A DNA stretch of 64,000 nucleotides from an uncultured Candidatus Saccharibacteria bacterium (GCA_964579635.1 CAZOFV010000001.1:5622-69621), one strand, 5' to 3'. Counted from the first letter of the stretch, positions 1 through 10,202 are shown. The notes: a model not told the origin generated them from the sequence alone. Program-made: numbers and translations.

Positions 1-1
1 C

Positions 2-664
2 AGGACCACAGTTAAAGCCACTGGTTCAGCAATAAAAGAAGTTTCCCCAGCGAAAGAATACATAGACATAACAAACAAAAGCGACAGTTTGCTTGATATT
101 ACAGGGTGGCAAATCGTAAGCGAGAATGGTGTCTCTGCAAAAATAGGACGTGGCGTTCAACTATTTGTTTCTGGAGAAGTGCGCGGATTATCTAACATAG
201 TTTTAAGGTCTGGGGAAACTGCCCACATTATAAGCGGGCAATCTCCTGTCGGGGTCTCCTTTAAACAAAATATTTGCAGTGGCTATCTTTCTCAATTTCA
301 AAAATTTGTTCCACCTTTTTCTCAAAGTTGCCCACGTGTAATAAATACTGAAAACTTATCACGATACAAACCTGACCCTGTCTGTATAAACTTCATAGAA
401 AACTTACCATCGTGCACAACAATAACAAGCATCAACCAAATACCCAGAGGAAGTGATCAATCTTGCGGTCAACTCATAGAAGAACGTTTAACCTACAACG
501 GATGTGTTGAAGATAACCGCAATAACAATAATTTTTATAAACCATATTTTATGGTTTATTTAGGAAGTAATAAAGAATTATGGGAAAACGGTGAAACCTT
601 ACGTATTTTGGATCGCGAAGGAAAAACCGTCACAACAATAAAACAAACATTTTTAAATATCTAA
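2..664 (+). CDS. Lamin-tail-domain-like secreted protein, 5'-partial
   Basis: Frame open from base 2 (RTTVKATG...EYIDITNKSDSLLDITGW). EYI.I.N....DITGW and LW.N.GETLRILD resemble LTD motifs; Cys-rich middle. True start lies upstream of the window. Confidence 0.6.
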   Translation, partial: RTTVKATGSAIKEVSPAKEYIDITNKSDSLLDITGWQIVSENGVSAKIGRGVQLFVSGEVRGLSNIVLRSGETAHIISGQSPVGVSFKQNICSGYLSQFQKFVPPFSQSCPRVINTENLSRYKPDPVCINFIENLPSCTTITSINQIPRGSDQSCGQLIEERLTYNGCVEDNRNNNNFYKPYFMVYLGSNKELWENGETLRILDREGKTVTTIKQTFLNI

Positions 665-1129
665 TATCCTAAACAGAGCAACACCAAGCGCAACCGAAAC
701 ATTTAAAGATTCTTTTCCACCATTCATGGGAATCTCAGCGATAATATCAGCAATTGCAAGGATTTCTTTAGATAAACCAAGAACTTCATTTCCCACAACT
801 AATGCAATATCGTTTTTAGCTTTAACTTTTTTATAATCAAGAGCTTTAGGAGATTGCTCCAGTGCAATGATTTCAACTTTTTTCTTTTTTAAATCTTTAA
901 TTACCTCAAGTGTGTCTGGTTTATGTTCCCATGGAATATTTTTTTCCGCACCCAATGCTGTCTTTAAAATTTCTTTCACTGGTCGATTAAAGCGATCAAC
1001 TGGTCTTGGTGTGTATCCAGTAAGAAATATTTTTGTAACACCAGAAGCATCAGCCGTCCTAAACATCGCGCCAACATTATGAGCGCTTCTTATATCACAC
1101 AAGATTAAATAAATATTTCTTTTTTCCAT
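653..1129 (-). CDS. SpoU/TrmH-family RNA 2'-O-methyltransferase
   Basis: SPOUT motifs DIRSAHNVGAMFRTAD, VGNEVLGL, IPMNGGKESLNVSVA. Start moved to MEKRNIY (1129) to avoid overlap with the divergent gene. Confidence 0.9.
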   Translation of the reverse strand: MEKRNIYLILCDIRSAHNVGAMFRTADASGVTKIFLTGYTPRPVDRFNRPVKEILKTALGAEKNIPWEHKPDTLEVIKDLKKKKVEIIALEQSPKALDYKKVKAKNDIALVVGNEVLGLSKEILAIADIIAEIPMNGGKESLNVSVALGVALFRILDI

Positions 1130-1174
1130 TTTATATGTTTTCAACCTAGTCGCTCTCTCTGATATAATATCAAC

Positions 1175-1588
1175 ATGACACAAATATTAAACACATTCCC
1201 TTCCCTTTTGACATATGCCTTAGTTGCTCCACTTATCCTTCGTTTGGTTCTTGGTGGTATTTTTTTCTCCGCTGGTTATTTAAAAATTTTCAAATACAAA
1301 GAGCGTTCAATTGGAATGTTCCAATCTGCGGGATTTCCAAAGCCAGTTTCTTTTATGTGGACAATTGCCCTACTAGAACTTGTCTGTGGATTCTTTGTTA
1401 TTATCGGACTTTGGACCCAAGTATCAGCTTTAATAATTGCCCTCATTTCAATTGGTGGCTTAATTATCAAAATGCGACACCCTGGCATATTACACCAAAC
1501 TCTTGATTTCTACTGGTTCGCTATCGCGATAGCAATATCCCTTATTTTCTCTGGTGCAGGATTTTTCTCAATTGATTTACCGTTGTAG
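1175..1588 (+). CDS. DoxX-family membrane protein
   Basis: LRLVLGGIFFSAGYLK, ELVCGFFVIIGLWT, GAGFFSID; four TM segments. Confidence 0.85.
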   Translation: MTQILNTFPSLLTYALVAPLILRLVLGGIFFSAGYLKIFKYKERSIGMFQSAGFPKPVSFMWTIALLELVCGFFVIIGLWTQVSALIIALISIGGLIIKMRHPGILHQTLDFYWFAIAIAISLIFSGAGFFSIDLPL

Positions 1589-1641
1589 TATTTAAAATCT
1601 TTACTTTTAGCCATTTTTTGATATAGTTTCCCTGTTTTAAT

Positions 1642-1717
1642 CCGCCCATAGCTCAGTTGGTAGAGCAGCTCCCTTTTAAGGAGAGGGTCGCAGGTTCGAC
1701 TCCTGCTGGGCGGACCA
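1642..1717 (+). tRNA. tRNA-Lys(TTT)
   Basis: Cloverleaf: CCGCCCA/TGGGCGG acceptor, GCTC-GAGC D-stem, loop CT-TTT-AA, GGTTCGACTCC T-arm, encoded CCA. Confidence 0.95.
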
Positions 1718-1838
1718 AAGAAACAAAACCTGCCCTGCGGCAGGTTTTGTGCTTTGGTCCGAGGCGTAGCGATGTCGCGTGAGCACACGCGACCGCGAGC
1801 CGGGGTCGCGGAAATTTTGTCTTCAAAATTGTTCGTGA
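1718..1838 (+). repeat. tRNA-trailer structured element, divergent copy (Lys)
   Basis: CTTTGGTCCG (1752-1761) complements CGGACCAAAG (1711-1720), then GGC-GTA-GC...GC-GA-GCC-GGGGTCGCG...CGTGA, matching the core seen after the other tRNAs. Confidence 0.7.
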
Positions 1839-2156
1839 TGATAAGTTAACTTAGGTCTTTATAATCACACCAAGCTACTTATTATTAACTATCCCACTTG
1901 TCCACACCCACCCTTGCCTATCCTTGTAGTGTTGCTACACTAAATACAGGGTTGGTCAAAAAATCATTATTTAAGAACCAACCACCCGTTGTTGTAAATC
2001 AAAAGAAGGAAAGCGGCTCCGCTTATGGGCACACAAAACAAACCTTTTGAACGATTTGCCACACACCAGTTCTTTAAACAATTTTCGCTCTCTTGAGTTC
2101 TCCTCTCAAGAAGCACGTATCTCGGCCTCGCTTTCTAGCTTGAGGCCAATCTCTTC

Positions 2157-2195
2157 AAAAGAGCCGTCGTCCCGAGGAACACGGCTCTTTTTTTT
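2157..2195. terminator. Intrinsic terminator
   Basis: AAAAGAGCCGT...ACGGCTCTTTTTTTT hairpin with T-tract, just past the holA stop. Confidence 0.75.
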
Positions 2196-2212
2196 ACTCA
2201 ATTATTTAAAAA

Positions 2213-2941
2213 CTAAACTGTCTCTAAAATAAATTTCTCCAAACCAGAGCTGAGCTCTAAAATTCCACGATGACTATCATGATAAAGAGTTACTAAATTA
2301 GACATACTTTTTTTAAGTTCACTTTCGGTATAATTTTTTGAATACCTAATAGCTTTCCCCGCCACAAAAGGAGAAACGCCAGCTTTTTTTAATTTATCAG
2401 AATCACCTAGTGCACTTTTTGCAAGAGCGATACTTTTTAGTTGCCATAAAACAATACCGTGAATTTCCTCTGCCTCCGCTCCATACTCAACCGATTTTAA
2501 GAAATTAACCCAAGCCCCCATCCTGTCTCTTCCACCAATAGAATCACCTAAAGCAAAGACGTTAAATTTATTTACTGCCCCACTCTTAACTGAGAACTCT
2601 TGAATTTTTTGCGCGTGTTCTCCTAATTCTAAAATAATTTTAGGGGATATCTCTTTGTCGTTTGTTATAAAAATATTTTCTGAAGATGCGAGCGCTTCAG
2701 CCTTTTCTAAAATTTCTTCTCTTCTTTCTTTACTATCAATAAATCCATTTAAAACAACAATCAATTTTTGTTCAAAAAGACCTTGTCCTAAAATAAACTC
2801 ATCTAGATTTTCAGAACCAACTTCATTTGCATCAATTTTAACCAAAAGAGTATCTGGTTTTTTAGATAAAAGCGTTTCTGTTAGTTGTAAAACTTTCTGA
2901 TTCCTTTTTGAGAAATCGGCGCCATGAAGTACGTAAAACAT
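2213..2941 (-). CDS. holA: DNA polymerase III delta subunit (short CPR-type HolA)
   Basis: N-terminal YVLHGAD, GLFEQKLIVV motif, C-terminal helical collar ending LEKFIL. Confidence 0.75.
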   Translation of the reverse strand: MFYVLHGADFSKRNQKVLQLTETLLSKKPDTLLVKIDANEVGSENLDEFILGQGLFEQKLIVVLNGFIDSKERREEILEKAEALASSENIFITNDKEISPKIILELGEHAQKIQEFSVKSGAVNKFNVFALGDSIGGRDRMGAWVNFLKSVEYGAEAEEIHGIVLWQLKSIALAKSALGDSDKLKKAGVSPFVAGKAIRYSKNYTESELKKSMSNLVTLYHDSHRGILELSSGLEKFILETV

Positions 2942-2997
2942 AATTAATTATTTTTCATCAAGTAATGGCTTACAGTTTTTAAAAACGTAGTTAGAAA

Positions 2998-3474
2998 TTA
3001 AAACCAACGACGCACTATTTTTTTATATCCACGATAAGCTTCGCCGTATTTTTTTTCTAATAAATCTTCTTCGGCTGGAAGTATTATAAAATTAACAAAA
3101 AAGAACGATAAGATAAAAGCAATAAGTAATGCTAGTGAGTTCATCACAAATGAAAAACCGAGACTTAAAAGCATAAGACCTAGATAGGTTGGATTCCTTG
3201 AAATACTATATGGTCCGTAAGTAAAAACTTCTTTCTCAACCTGTCCAACCTTCTCTTCTACTGCTTTCAAAAAATTTCTACTACTTTTTCCTGCCCATAA
3301 AATTAGTACTGATGCTAAAAACATAAAAACTAAACCAATCTTGCCAGCACTCTCGAAATTAACAATTTCTACATGTTTCCAATAATCAGCAATAGCCCCT
3401 GCCAACAAAGCCATCATAAACATCATCGGCGAATACACTATTAATTTGTTTATTTTATGTTTTCCGTTACTCAT
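2998..3474 (-). CDS. Isoprenylcysteine carboxyl methyltransferase (ICMT/PEMT-like) membrane protein
   Basis: GPYSISRNPTYLG and EEDLLEKKYGEAYRGYKKIVRRW signatures. Confidence 0.85.
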   Translation of the reverse strand: MSNGKHKINKLIVYSPMMFMMALLAGAIADYWKHVEIVNFESAGKIGLVFMFLASVLILWAGKSSRNFLKAVEEKVGQVEKEVFTYGPYSISRNPTYLGLMLLSLGFSFVMNSLALLIAFILSFFFVNFIILPAEEDLLEKKYGEAYRGYKKIVRRWF

Positions 3475-3503
3475 GTGTTTATTCTACCACAAGGAACGTT
3501 TCG

Positions 3504-5870
3504 TCAAATCGCCCCCATTTCTCCCCAGTTTTTACCAACCGAAACATTAACCAAAATAGGAACTTCGTGAGGATTTTTCACCTTATCTTTCAACACCCCT
3601 TCCATAGCCTCATCTATAACTTTTGCGACTTCTTTTTCACTCCCCTCTTTTACTTCGTAAATTAATTCGTCGTGAACCTGAAGAAGAAGTTCTGCCTTAT
3701 CAGAAAGTTTTTTATTTTTAATTTCATCATCTGCGCGTTTAATAGCAATCTTAATTATATCTGCTGCTGTCCCTTGAATTGGAGCGTTCACCGCCATTCT
3801 TTCTGCTGCCGCACGAATATATTGAATTGGAGATTTAATTGCTGGGAAATATCGACGACGACCAAAAAGTGTCGAAGTATATCCAAGCTTCGCAACTTCC
3901 ATTTTTATACTATCAAGATATTCCGCGACCCCTGGAAACTTTTTAAAATATTGATTGTAAAATTCTTCCGCTTCAGCACGAGTTCCGCCTAAATTATCTT
4001 TAAGCGCGTTTATTCCCATTCCATAAATAATTCCAAAGTTTATAACCTTAGCCTGTCTTCTCATTTCTTTTGTCACATCTTCTTCTTTAACACCAAAAAC
4101 TCGAGAAGCAACAGTAGCGTGAACATCATCACCATCTTTAAAAATTTTTATTAAATCTTTATCTCCTGAAAGAATCGCTGCCACCCTAAGTTCTATCTGA
4201 GAATAATCAAGTGCAACTAATACGCACCCCTTATCTGCGACAAAAGCTCTTCTTATTTTCCGTCCAGCCTCAGTCTTAATAGGAATATTTTGTAAATTTG
4301 GATTAATTGAAGAAAATCTCCCTGTGGTAGTCCCCGCCTGAAGGAAGTGCGTGTGCAATCTCCCGTCGCTTGCAACAAGTGGCGGAATAGCATCGATATA
4401 CGTCGACAAAAGTTTTTGCCATTCACGATGCGCCATTATCTCTTCAATGATAGGATGAGTGCCACGAAGTTTTTCTAGTTCTGAAACTCTAGTTGAGCGT
4501 GCCCCGCCTTCAGTTTTTTTAAGACCTTTAACAGAAAGGTTAAGCGTATCAAACAAAATCTCCCCCAACTGTTTTGGAGAATTAATATTAAATTCTTTTC
4601 CAGCGTGTTCCCGTATTTTTTTCTCAAGAATTTCAAGCTCTTTGTGATATTCAAGAGAAAGTTCTTTTAAATAGCCCTTATCAATAACAACCCCTTTCTC
4701 TTCTGCTTTTTTTATAATTGGAATAAGTGGAAGCTCTATTTCTTTATAAATCTCCATGAGCCCATTAGCATCTAATCTTTCTAATATCTTTTTCTTTGCT
4801 TCTCCTATTGTTGATGAACCAGAAATTGAAAGTATTTCCTCGCGATCTGGGTTTGTATATTCAGAATTATCAACCCATAAAGCAATTGCCGCTTCCTCAA
4901 TGTCCTCTTTATCTGCGGAAGTATCTTCCACCACTGTCTTCTCTGCTTTCTCTGAAACAAACAAACCCTTAACTCGCTCGTTTAATGTCCTAAAATCAAG
5001 TTCAATAAATAATTTTTCAATTAAACTTAGATCAACGCTATCTCTCCATTCTTTTTCTGGTAAAGAAAATTCAATCGGAGCATCTCTTCTGATTTCAGCA
5101 AGTGTTTTCGAAAAAAAGGCTTCCTCTTCGTGTTCCTTTAAAAGCCCTATCATTCTTTCTTTTATTCCAGCCTTCTCAAAAGCTTCTTTATCTTTCTTTA
5201 AAGTTTTATAAATATTCTCAATAGTCCCAAAGGTCTGTATTAGGGTTGTGGCTGTCTTCTCACCAATCCCCGGAACGCCGATGATGTTATCTGACGGATC
5301 ACCACGTAAACCTTTGTAATCCGGCATGAACTTAGGGGCAAAACCAAACCTAGCAATAACCGCATCCTCATCGTAGATAATAGTGTCATTAATTCCCTTC
5401 TTTAAGGTAAACACTTGAACCTTTTTATCATCAACCAACTGCATGGTATCCATATCGCCAGAAGCAATAATAATATGTGTATTTTTATCTTTTTTTAATT
5501 TCTCTACGATAGTCCCGAGCAAATCGTCCGCTTCAAAACCAGCAAGCTCGTAAGAAGGAATACCAAACGCAGTGAAAACATCTCTTGCTCGAATAAGTTG
5601 GGCAACTAAATTACTTTCTGTTTTTGCTCTGCCCGCCTTGTAGGCTTCGTAGGCTTCATGTCTAAAAGTTGGTTCTGGTAAATCAAAGCAAGCCGCAATA
5701 TAGTCTGGCTTTAAATCTTTAATAATTTTTACAAGCATCGCAACAAGGCCGTAAAGAGCTCCCGTTGGTTCACCTTTAGTGGAAGAAAATTCTGGAAGAG
5801 CGTGGTAGGCGCGGTGAATAATAGCATGGGCATCCAAAAGAATTATTGTTTTTTTATTTTCGCTTTTCAT
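3504..5870 (-). CDS. polA: DNA polymerase I
   Basis: 5'-3' exonuclease (LLDAHAIIHRAYHA, EADD, GDPSDNIIGVPGIGEKTA) and family A motifs (DYSQIELR, KVINFGIIYG, QVHDEL). Confidence 0.97.
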   Translation of the reverse strand: MKSENKKTIILLDAHAIIHRAYHALPEFSSTKGEPTGALYGLVAMLVKIIKDLKPDYIAACFDLPEPTFRHEAYEAYKAGRAKTESNLVAQLIRARDVFTAFGIPSYELAGFEADDLLGTIVEKLKKDKNTHIIIASGDMDTMQLVDDKKVQVFTLKKGINDTIIYDEDAVIARFGFAPKFMPDYKGLRGDPSDNIIGVPGIGEKTATTLIQTFGTIENIYKTLKKDKEAFEKAGIKERMIGLLKEHEEEAFFSKTLAEIRRDAPIEFSLPEKEWRDSVDLSLIEKLFIELDFRTLNERVKGLFVSEKAEKTVVEDTSADKEDIEEAAIALWVDNSEYTNPDREEILSISGSSTIGEAKKKILERLDANGLMEIYKEIELPLIPIIKKAEEKGVVIDKGYLKELSLEYHKELEILEKKIREHAGKEFNINSPKQLGEILFDTLNLSVKGLKKTEGGARSTRVSELEKLRGTHPIIEEIMAHREWQKLLSTYIDAIPPLVASDGRLHTHFLQAGTTTGRFSSINPNLQNIPIKTEAGRKIRRAFVADKGCVLVALDYSQIELRVAAILSGDKDLIKIFKDGDDVHATVASRVFGVKEEDVTKEMRRQAKVINFGIIYGMGINALKDNLGGTRAEAEEFYNQYFKKFPGVAEYLDSIKMEVAKLGYTSTLFGRRRYFPAIKSPIQYIRAAAERMAVNAPIQGTAADIIKIAIKRADDEIKNKKLSDKAELLLQVHDELIYEVKEGSEKEVAKVIDEAMEGVLKDKVKNPHEVPILVNVSVGKNWGEMGAI

Positions 5871-6316
5871 TATTTAATTTCAATCAAACGTTCTGTCTCT
5901 CCTTTATGTGAAAAAGTAATCCATATCGCATTTTGTGGAATTATTTTCTTAACATTCTCTGGCCATTCAATAAAGATGATATTTTTATTATCAGAAATAA
6001 TTTCATTCCAACCTAAACGAATTATCTCACTTTCTTTATCAAGGCGATACGCATCGATATGAATAAATTTTTTCCACGGAAACCCTTCAGGTAATTTATA
6101 TATTTTCTCAATAACAAAAGTTGGGGAAGGCATTCTCTCTTTTATCCCAAGTTTTTCTCCCAAAATTTTCACCATCGCAGTTTTTCCACTACCTAAATCA
6201 CCAGAAAGGGCGACAACTGTGGCTTTGTCGTTTTTTAAAGATTCCTTTTTAGCTAAAAGAATAATCTTATCTGCAAAATCCTTAGTTTCATTGATGTTCT
6301 TGCAAAGCTTTTTCAT
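5870..6316 (-). CDS. tsaE: tRNA t6A biosynthesis ATPase TsaE
   Basis: LSGDLGSGKT, SPTF, HIDAYRL, IEWPE. Start taken at the first ATG (MKKLCKN). Confidence 0.92.
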   Translation of the reverse strand: MKKLCKNINETKDFADKIILLAKKESLKNDKATVVALSGDLGSGKTAMVKILGEKLGIKERMPSPTFVIEKIYKLPEGFPWKKFIHIDAYRLDKESEIIRLGWNEIISDNKNIIFIEWPENVKKIIPQNAIWITFSHKGETERLIEIK

Positions 6317-6340
6317 TTGAGACGATTTTAACACAACAAG

Positions 6341-6380
6341 AAGAAAGCCCCGCTATCTTAACGATGTGGGGCTTTCTTCT
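6341..6380. terminator. Hairpin terminator
   Basis: AAGAAAGCCCC...GGGGCTTTCTT inverted repeat downstream of the surface-protein gene. Confidence 0.65.
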
Positions 6381-6404
6381 TAAAAATTAAACGTTTTTTT
6401 CGGC

Positions 6405-8366
6405 TTATTGCTTAGAAACATTAGAAGCTCTATATGTACCAACTGCATACCTAGAAAGTATTCCTAATCCAAGAATTATAAGGATTAATAATAACCAACC
6501 AAGCAATGTGTTTGGCAAGAAACTAGAACCGAATATTGGAGCTAAAGCTCGTGAAGACTGGTAGTATTCACCATTTAACAAAACGTAGGCAATTGCTTCT
6601 TCTTGTGTGTTGTTTTCTCTCGTATAAACCATATCAACACTCACAACAACAACCTTACCGCTTTCAATAGTGTTATCTACAACAGTTTCAACGGTAAATG
6701 AGCCTGCCTCTCCGGCCTCTAAGGTCTTTAGATCAACTGTTAAAGTTCTGTCTTTGTCGTTGTAGTAACCTCTTGATGAATCAATGTATGAAAGTTCTCC
6801 AGGAAGAACAACTCTCACAGCAACATCGTGCAAGCTTTCACTTGTCTTGGTGTTGCGATAATTGATTGTAAAGATAACCCTATCTCCACGAGAGACGTTG
6901 TCTCTATTTGAAGAAATAGAAAGTATTATTGCTGATGTCTTTGTACTCCCAGAAGCACCACTTACAACGTAAGTTGTTTTGGAAGAAGTAACAGTTGGTG
7001 AAGTAACAATAACCGAAGTTGTGTTAGATGAACCACCAGTAGTAAAGCTCATTATGTCTCCTTTGTGTGTTCCGTATTGATTTTGAACTACTGCACGGTA
7101 GTAATAAGTCCTTCCATTAACAAGCCCAGTGAGATCTTCAGAAAAGGCTAGGGTCACGGCGCTTCCAATATTCTTACTTTGAGTTGTGTTTCCTAGAGAG
7201 CTTGTTGTTCCCCATTCAAACCAACCAGTTGTATTAACACCACCGTTAATAAAGACGAGACCATTTACCCTTGCCGTTGTTTGCCCTATCGAAGTAGCAA
7301 GAGTTGTAACAGCTGTTGGCTGACTGCCTCCAACGTAGTTATAGGAAGAAGAGTTGTATTGATTGTTATTATTTGTCACAAACGACATAACTGTTCCATA
7401 AACAGTACCGTTTGAGTTCTGAGCAACGGCTCTGTAGTAGTAAGTTGTATTTGGACTCAAACCATTAACTGTTTGTGTAAATGTTCCGGATGAAGTTTGG
7501 TTTAACTTAAGTGTTGTGTTGTTAAAGTAACTAGAATTTGTACCCCATTCAAACCAACGAGTTGTGTTTGTGCTTCCGTTTGGATCAACAAATCCTTGTA
7601 AAATAGCGAACGTGTCACCATTTTGAACTGTTGAATATGTCATGACAAAAGGTGTCTGACCGGTATTTTGATTACAGTTGTAGTTGTTATAACCACAGTT
7701 GTTGCTATTGTTGCTAGTTGTTGTGAAAGATTGAGTTCCGCCATAAACAACAGCACTACCTGAATTTTGTCCTACTGCTCGGTAGTAATAAGTCGTATTT
7801 TGATTTAAGGAATTATTAACTGAGTAGAAAGTTGTGTTAACTGTTCCGATATTTACCTGTGGAGTAGTATTTCCAAAGGAATTTGATGTCCCCCATTCAA
7901 ACCAAACATTTGTCATTACACCTCCATTTGAGTTAACAGAACCTTGAAAAGTTGCTGAATTACTAGAAACGCTTGTTGGAGCATTTGTTGTTATTATTGG
8001 AGACGCCTGATTTTGATTTTGCTGTGAACAAGAGAGAGTTGATGCACTTTGAATATTTGCATAGAAAATATTTTGAGGTGCAGAAGAATCCCAGAAAACC
8101 AACTGGTATTGATAGGTGGAGTTACATGGGATATCAACTGTCTCTGAAACAGGTTGTGTCCCGTTAACAGCTGTACTTCTTGTTGGTGTCACAGATGTTG
8201 CACCACCACTAATACTGTAGGAGAAATAATAACCTGCGTTAGTAGGAACGCTTGAGGTTATGTCACCACGAAATGTAACACTATCCGCTAGAACAGGTGT
8301 TGCAAAAACTCCCATTGCTAAAACGGCGACTGCGACAAAAAATGATTTTATTAATGATTTTTTCAT
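6405..8366 (-). CDS. Cell-surface protein: signal peptide, FN3-like repeats, DUF11-like domain, C-terminal TM anchor
   Basis: Three WFEWGT...L..NTTYYYRAV.QN..G..YG...SFTT repeats, VIFTINYRN...DVAVRVVLPGEL domain, hydrophobic C-terminus. Confidence 0.8.
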   Translation of the reverse strand: MKKSLIKSFFVAVAVLAMGVFATPVLADSVTFRGDITSSVPTNAGYYFSYSISGGATSVTPTRSTAVNGTQPVSETVDIPCNSTYQYQLVFWDSSAPQNIFYANIQSASTLSCSQQNQNQASPIITTNAPTSVSSNSATFQGSVNSNGGVMTNVWFEWGTSNSFGNTTPQVNIGTVNTTFYSVNNSLNQNTTYYYRAVGQNSGSAVVYGGTQSFTTTSNNSNNCGYNNYNCNQNTGQTPFVMTYSTVQNGDTFAILQGFVDPNGSTNTTRWFEWGTNSSYFNNTTLKLNQTSSGTFTQTVNGLSPNTTYYYRAVAQNSNGTVYGTVMSFVTNNNNQYNSSSYNYVGGSQPTAVTTLATSIGQTTARVNGLVFINGGVNTTGWFEWGTTSSLGNTTQSKNIGSAVTLAFSEDLTGLVNGRTYYYRAVVQNQYGTHKGDIMSFTTGGSSNTTSVIVTSPTVTSSKTTYVVSGASGSTKTSAIILSISSNRDNVSRGDRVIFTINYRNTKTSESLHDVAVRVVLPGELSYIDSSRGYYNDKDRTLTVDLKTLEAGEAGSFTVETVVDNTIESGKVVVVSVDMVYTRENNTQEEAIAYVLLNGEYYQSSRALAPIFGSSFLPNTLLGWLLLILIILGLGILSRYAVGTYRASNVSKQ

Positions 8367-8479
8367 ATAATTGTTTGGTTTTTTATAATATTAGTAATCT
8401 ATCATGAAACACAAGAAAAGTCAATGGGTAAGAAATTATCTAAAATTAAATTGTTTTTATAAAGATACGGCAAAAAAAT

Positions 8480-8509
8480 AAAAGGGGGGCATAAAATGCC
8501 CCCCTCTTT
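8480..8509. terminator. Hairpin terminator
   Basis: GGGGGGCAT-AAA-ATGCCCCCC flanked by A/T tracts. Confidence 0.7.
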
Positions 8510-8557
8510 AAGCAAAGAACTGCCTATTTTTTGGGTAAAATCTTGCAATCACGAGGA

Positions 8558-9580
8558 CTACAAGGTTCTTCCACTAAAGGAGGTCTGTGGCAAAGTTCTG
8601 CCACTAAATGACGACTGTGGCAAAGTTCTGCCACTGATCGTCGGACCAGAAGATGACGGTGGTAAAGTTCTGCCGGTAAGCACCGGTGCGGTTGACGACG
8701 GGGGTAAGGTTCTGCCCGTAATCGTCGGACCAGCAATGTAGGCTTGTGCTGGTTGGACAACATATGGAGCGCCAATAACAGCGCCACTATTTCCAACCCA
8801 TCCGCTAAAGCCGACGTAGCCGCCACAACCGTCATAACAGCCACTGCTTGCAACCGCGACGGGCGTTTCGGTGATAACTTCCCGCATCACCACTCGGCTC
8901 TTGCGGTACCACTCGCTTTCAGGCGCTTTGACGATCTTCGTCTCCTTGGGAGGAGACTGTGGCACCGGCGGTTCTTCTGGAACTTCTGCCAATGTCTCTG
9001 CCGCCCTGATGACGAAGCCGGCGAAATTGCCACAATCACGCACGCGGAACAGCTTGTATTCGACGCCCTTGAAAGAAGTCGAGTACACGTCGGCGATATG
9101 TTCTTCGCCTTCTGCCCATGCCGCAACGGTGTTAACCCGTACCTTCGCTTTGTTGCCTTTCAGCAAACGGCCGAACGCCATCCAGTCAAACGTGTCGCCA
9201 CGCTTGAGGGTCATTTCTGCCCCCACCTTCTTTTCGAAATTCACGAGAAGGGCTTTCTTTACTTCAGTTGGCCATCCGCTTTGTGCAAGCGCCTGCTCGG
9301 CGTTCCCGATATACGGGTCGCCACCGACCTTGCGCCAGCAAAGATACCCTGCTGTGTTTTTGGGCGCACCAGTGCAATCCTTCAAGGAATACTTCCCTTC
9401 GCGGACAGCAATCCTGGTGCGGACAACAACAGCCGGAGCATCGTTTTTCGAAACCACGACAGTTGCTTCCTTCTCAGGAGCCTTCGTCGTCGCGACGTTC
9501 GTTTTGGTTTCCATTCCAGCACAAGCCGAAAGGAAGACCGCCATGAACAATGATGCCAACAAATTCAATTTGCGTGTCAT
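8558..9580 (-). CDS. Hypothetical lipoprotein with C-terminal GRTLP repeats
   Basis: Lipobox FLSAC, strong AGGAGG RBS, five GRTL(P) repeats; GC-richer than its flanks. Confidence 0.75.
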   Translation of the reverse strand: MTRKLNLLASLFMAVFLSACAGMETKTNVATTKAPEKEATVVVSKNDAPAVVVRTRIAVREGKYSLKDCTGAPKNTAGYLCWRKVGGDPYIGNAEQALAQSGWPTEVKKALLVNFEKKVGAEMTLKRGDTFDWMAFGRLLKGNKAKVRVNTVAAWAEGEEHIADVYSTSFKGVEYKLFRVRDCGNFAGFVIRAAETLAEVPEEPPVPQSPPKETKIVKAPESEWYRKSRVVMREVITETPVAVASSGCYDGCGGYVGFSGWVGNSGAVIGAPYVVQPAQAYIAGPTITGRTLPPSSTAPVLTGRTLPPSSSGPTISGRTLPQSSFSGRTLPQTSFSGRTL

Positions 9581-9677
9581 GATGACACCTCCTTTTTAAT
9601 TTTCAATTGGCGAAATTGCCAAACTGATTTCTAGATTAAGAATATCATATTTTTATTATTCTGTCAATATAAAATAA

Positions 9678-9704
9678 AAAGGGGTACGATTTCTCGTACC
9701 CCTT
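9678..9704. terminator. Hairpin terminator
   Basis: AAGGGGTACGA-TTTC-TCGTACCCCTT. Confidence 0.7.
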
Positions 9705-9722
9705 GTTTGCTCACTTGAGCAC

Positions 9723-10202
9723 CTAGCAAAGGCTAGGAAACATTGACCAGGTAGACTGGCACGGCCGTGGCGCAGACTGCTGTCCGCGGTAAGGCTGGAT
9801 TTGCCCTTGGTAACCCTGATAGCCAGTGGCACCTGCGCTTTGGCTTCCGGCAACACCGCTATATGGCGCCGCTGCTTGGGCGCAAGCTTCTGGTCGACCG
9901 CCATTTTCAAGACAAGCAGCGATTATTTCCGTTGCGGCCAAACGTCTGGCTGCATCAGCCCGGCCGACCGCAGACCCGATTTCACTCGGAATCCGTGGCT
10001 TGGTTACCATCGCTTGCCTGCTTCCGTCAGAGCGAATCACAGACGTTGCTGGACGACACTCTTCGGTGCCGTCAGCACGAATCCGACATTCCTCCTCAAG
10101 GAGAATCGGTTCATGCGACACTGTGCGAGCTACTTGCTGGCCCCCACACCCCGCGACGAGAATGGATATCATCGCCACGAAAAACAGACTGGTTCTGGAC
10201 AT
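9723..10202 (-). CDS. Hypothetical Cys-containing lipoprotein
   Basis: Lipobox LVAGC, GAGGAGG RBS upstream; GC-richer than its flanks. Confidence 0.7.
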   Translation of the reverse strand: MSRTSLFFVAMISILVAGCGGQQVARTVSHEPILLEEECRIRADGTEECRPATSVIRSDGSRQAMVTKPRIPSEIGSAVGRADAARRLAATEIIAACLENGGRPEACAQAAAPYSGVAGSQSAGATGYQGYQGQIQPYRGQQSAPRPCQSTWSMFPSLC

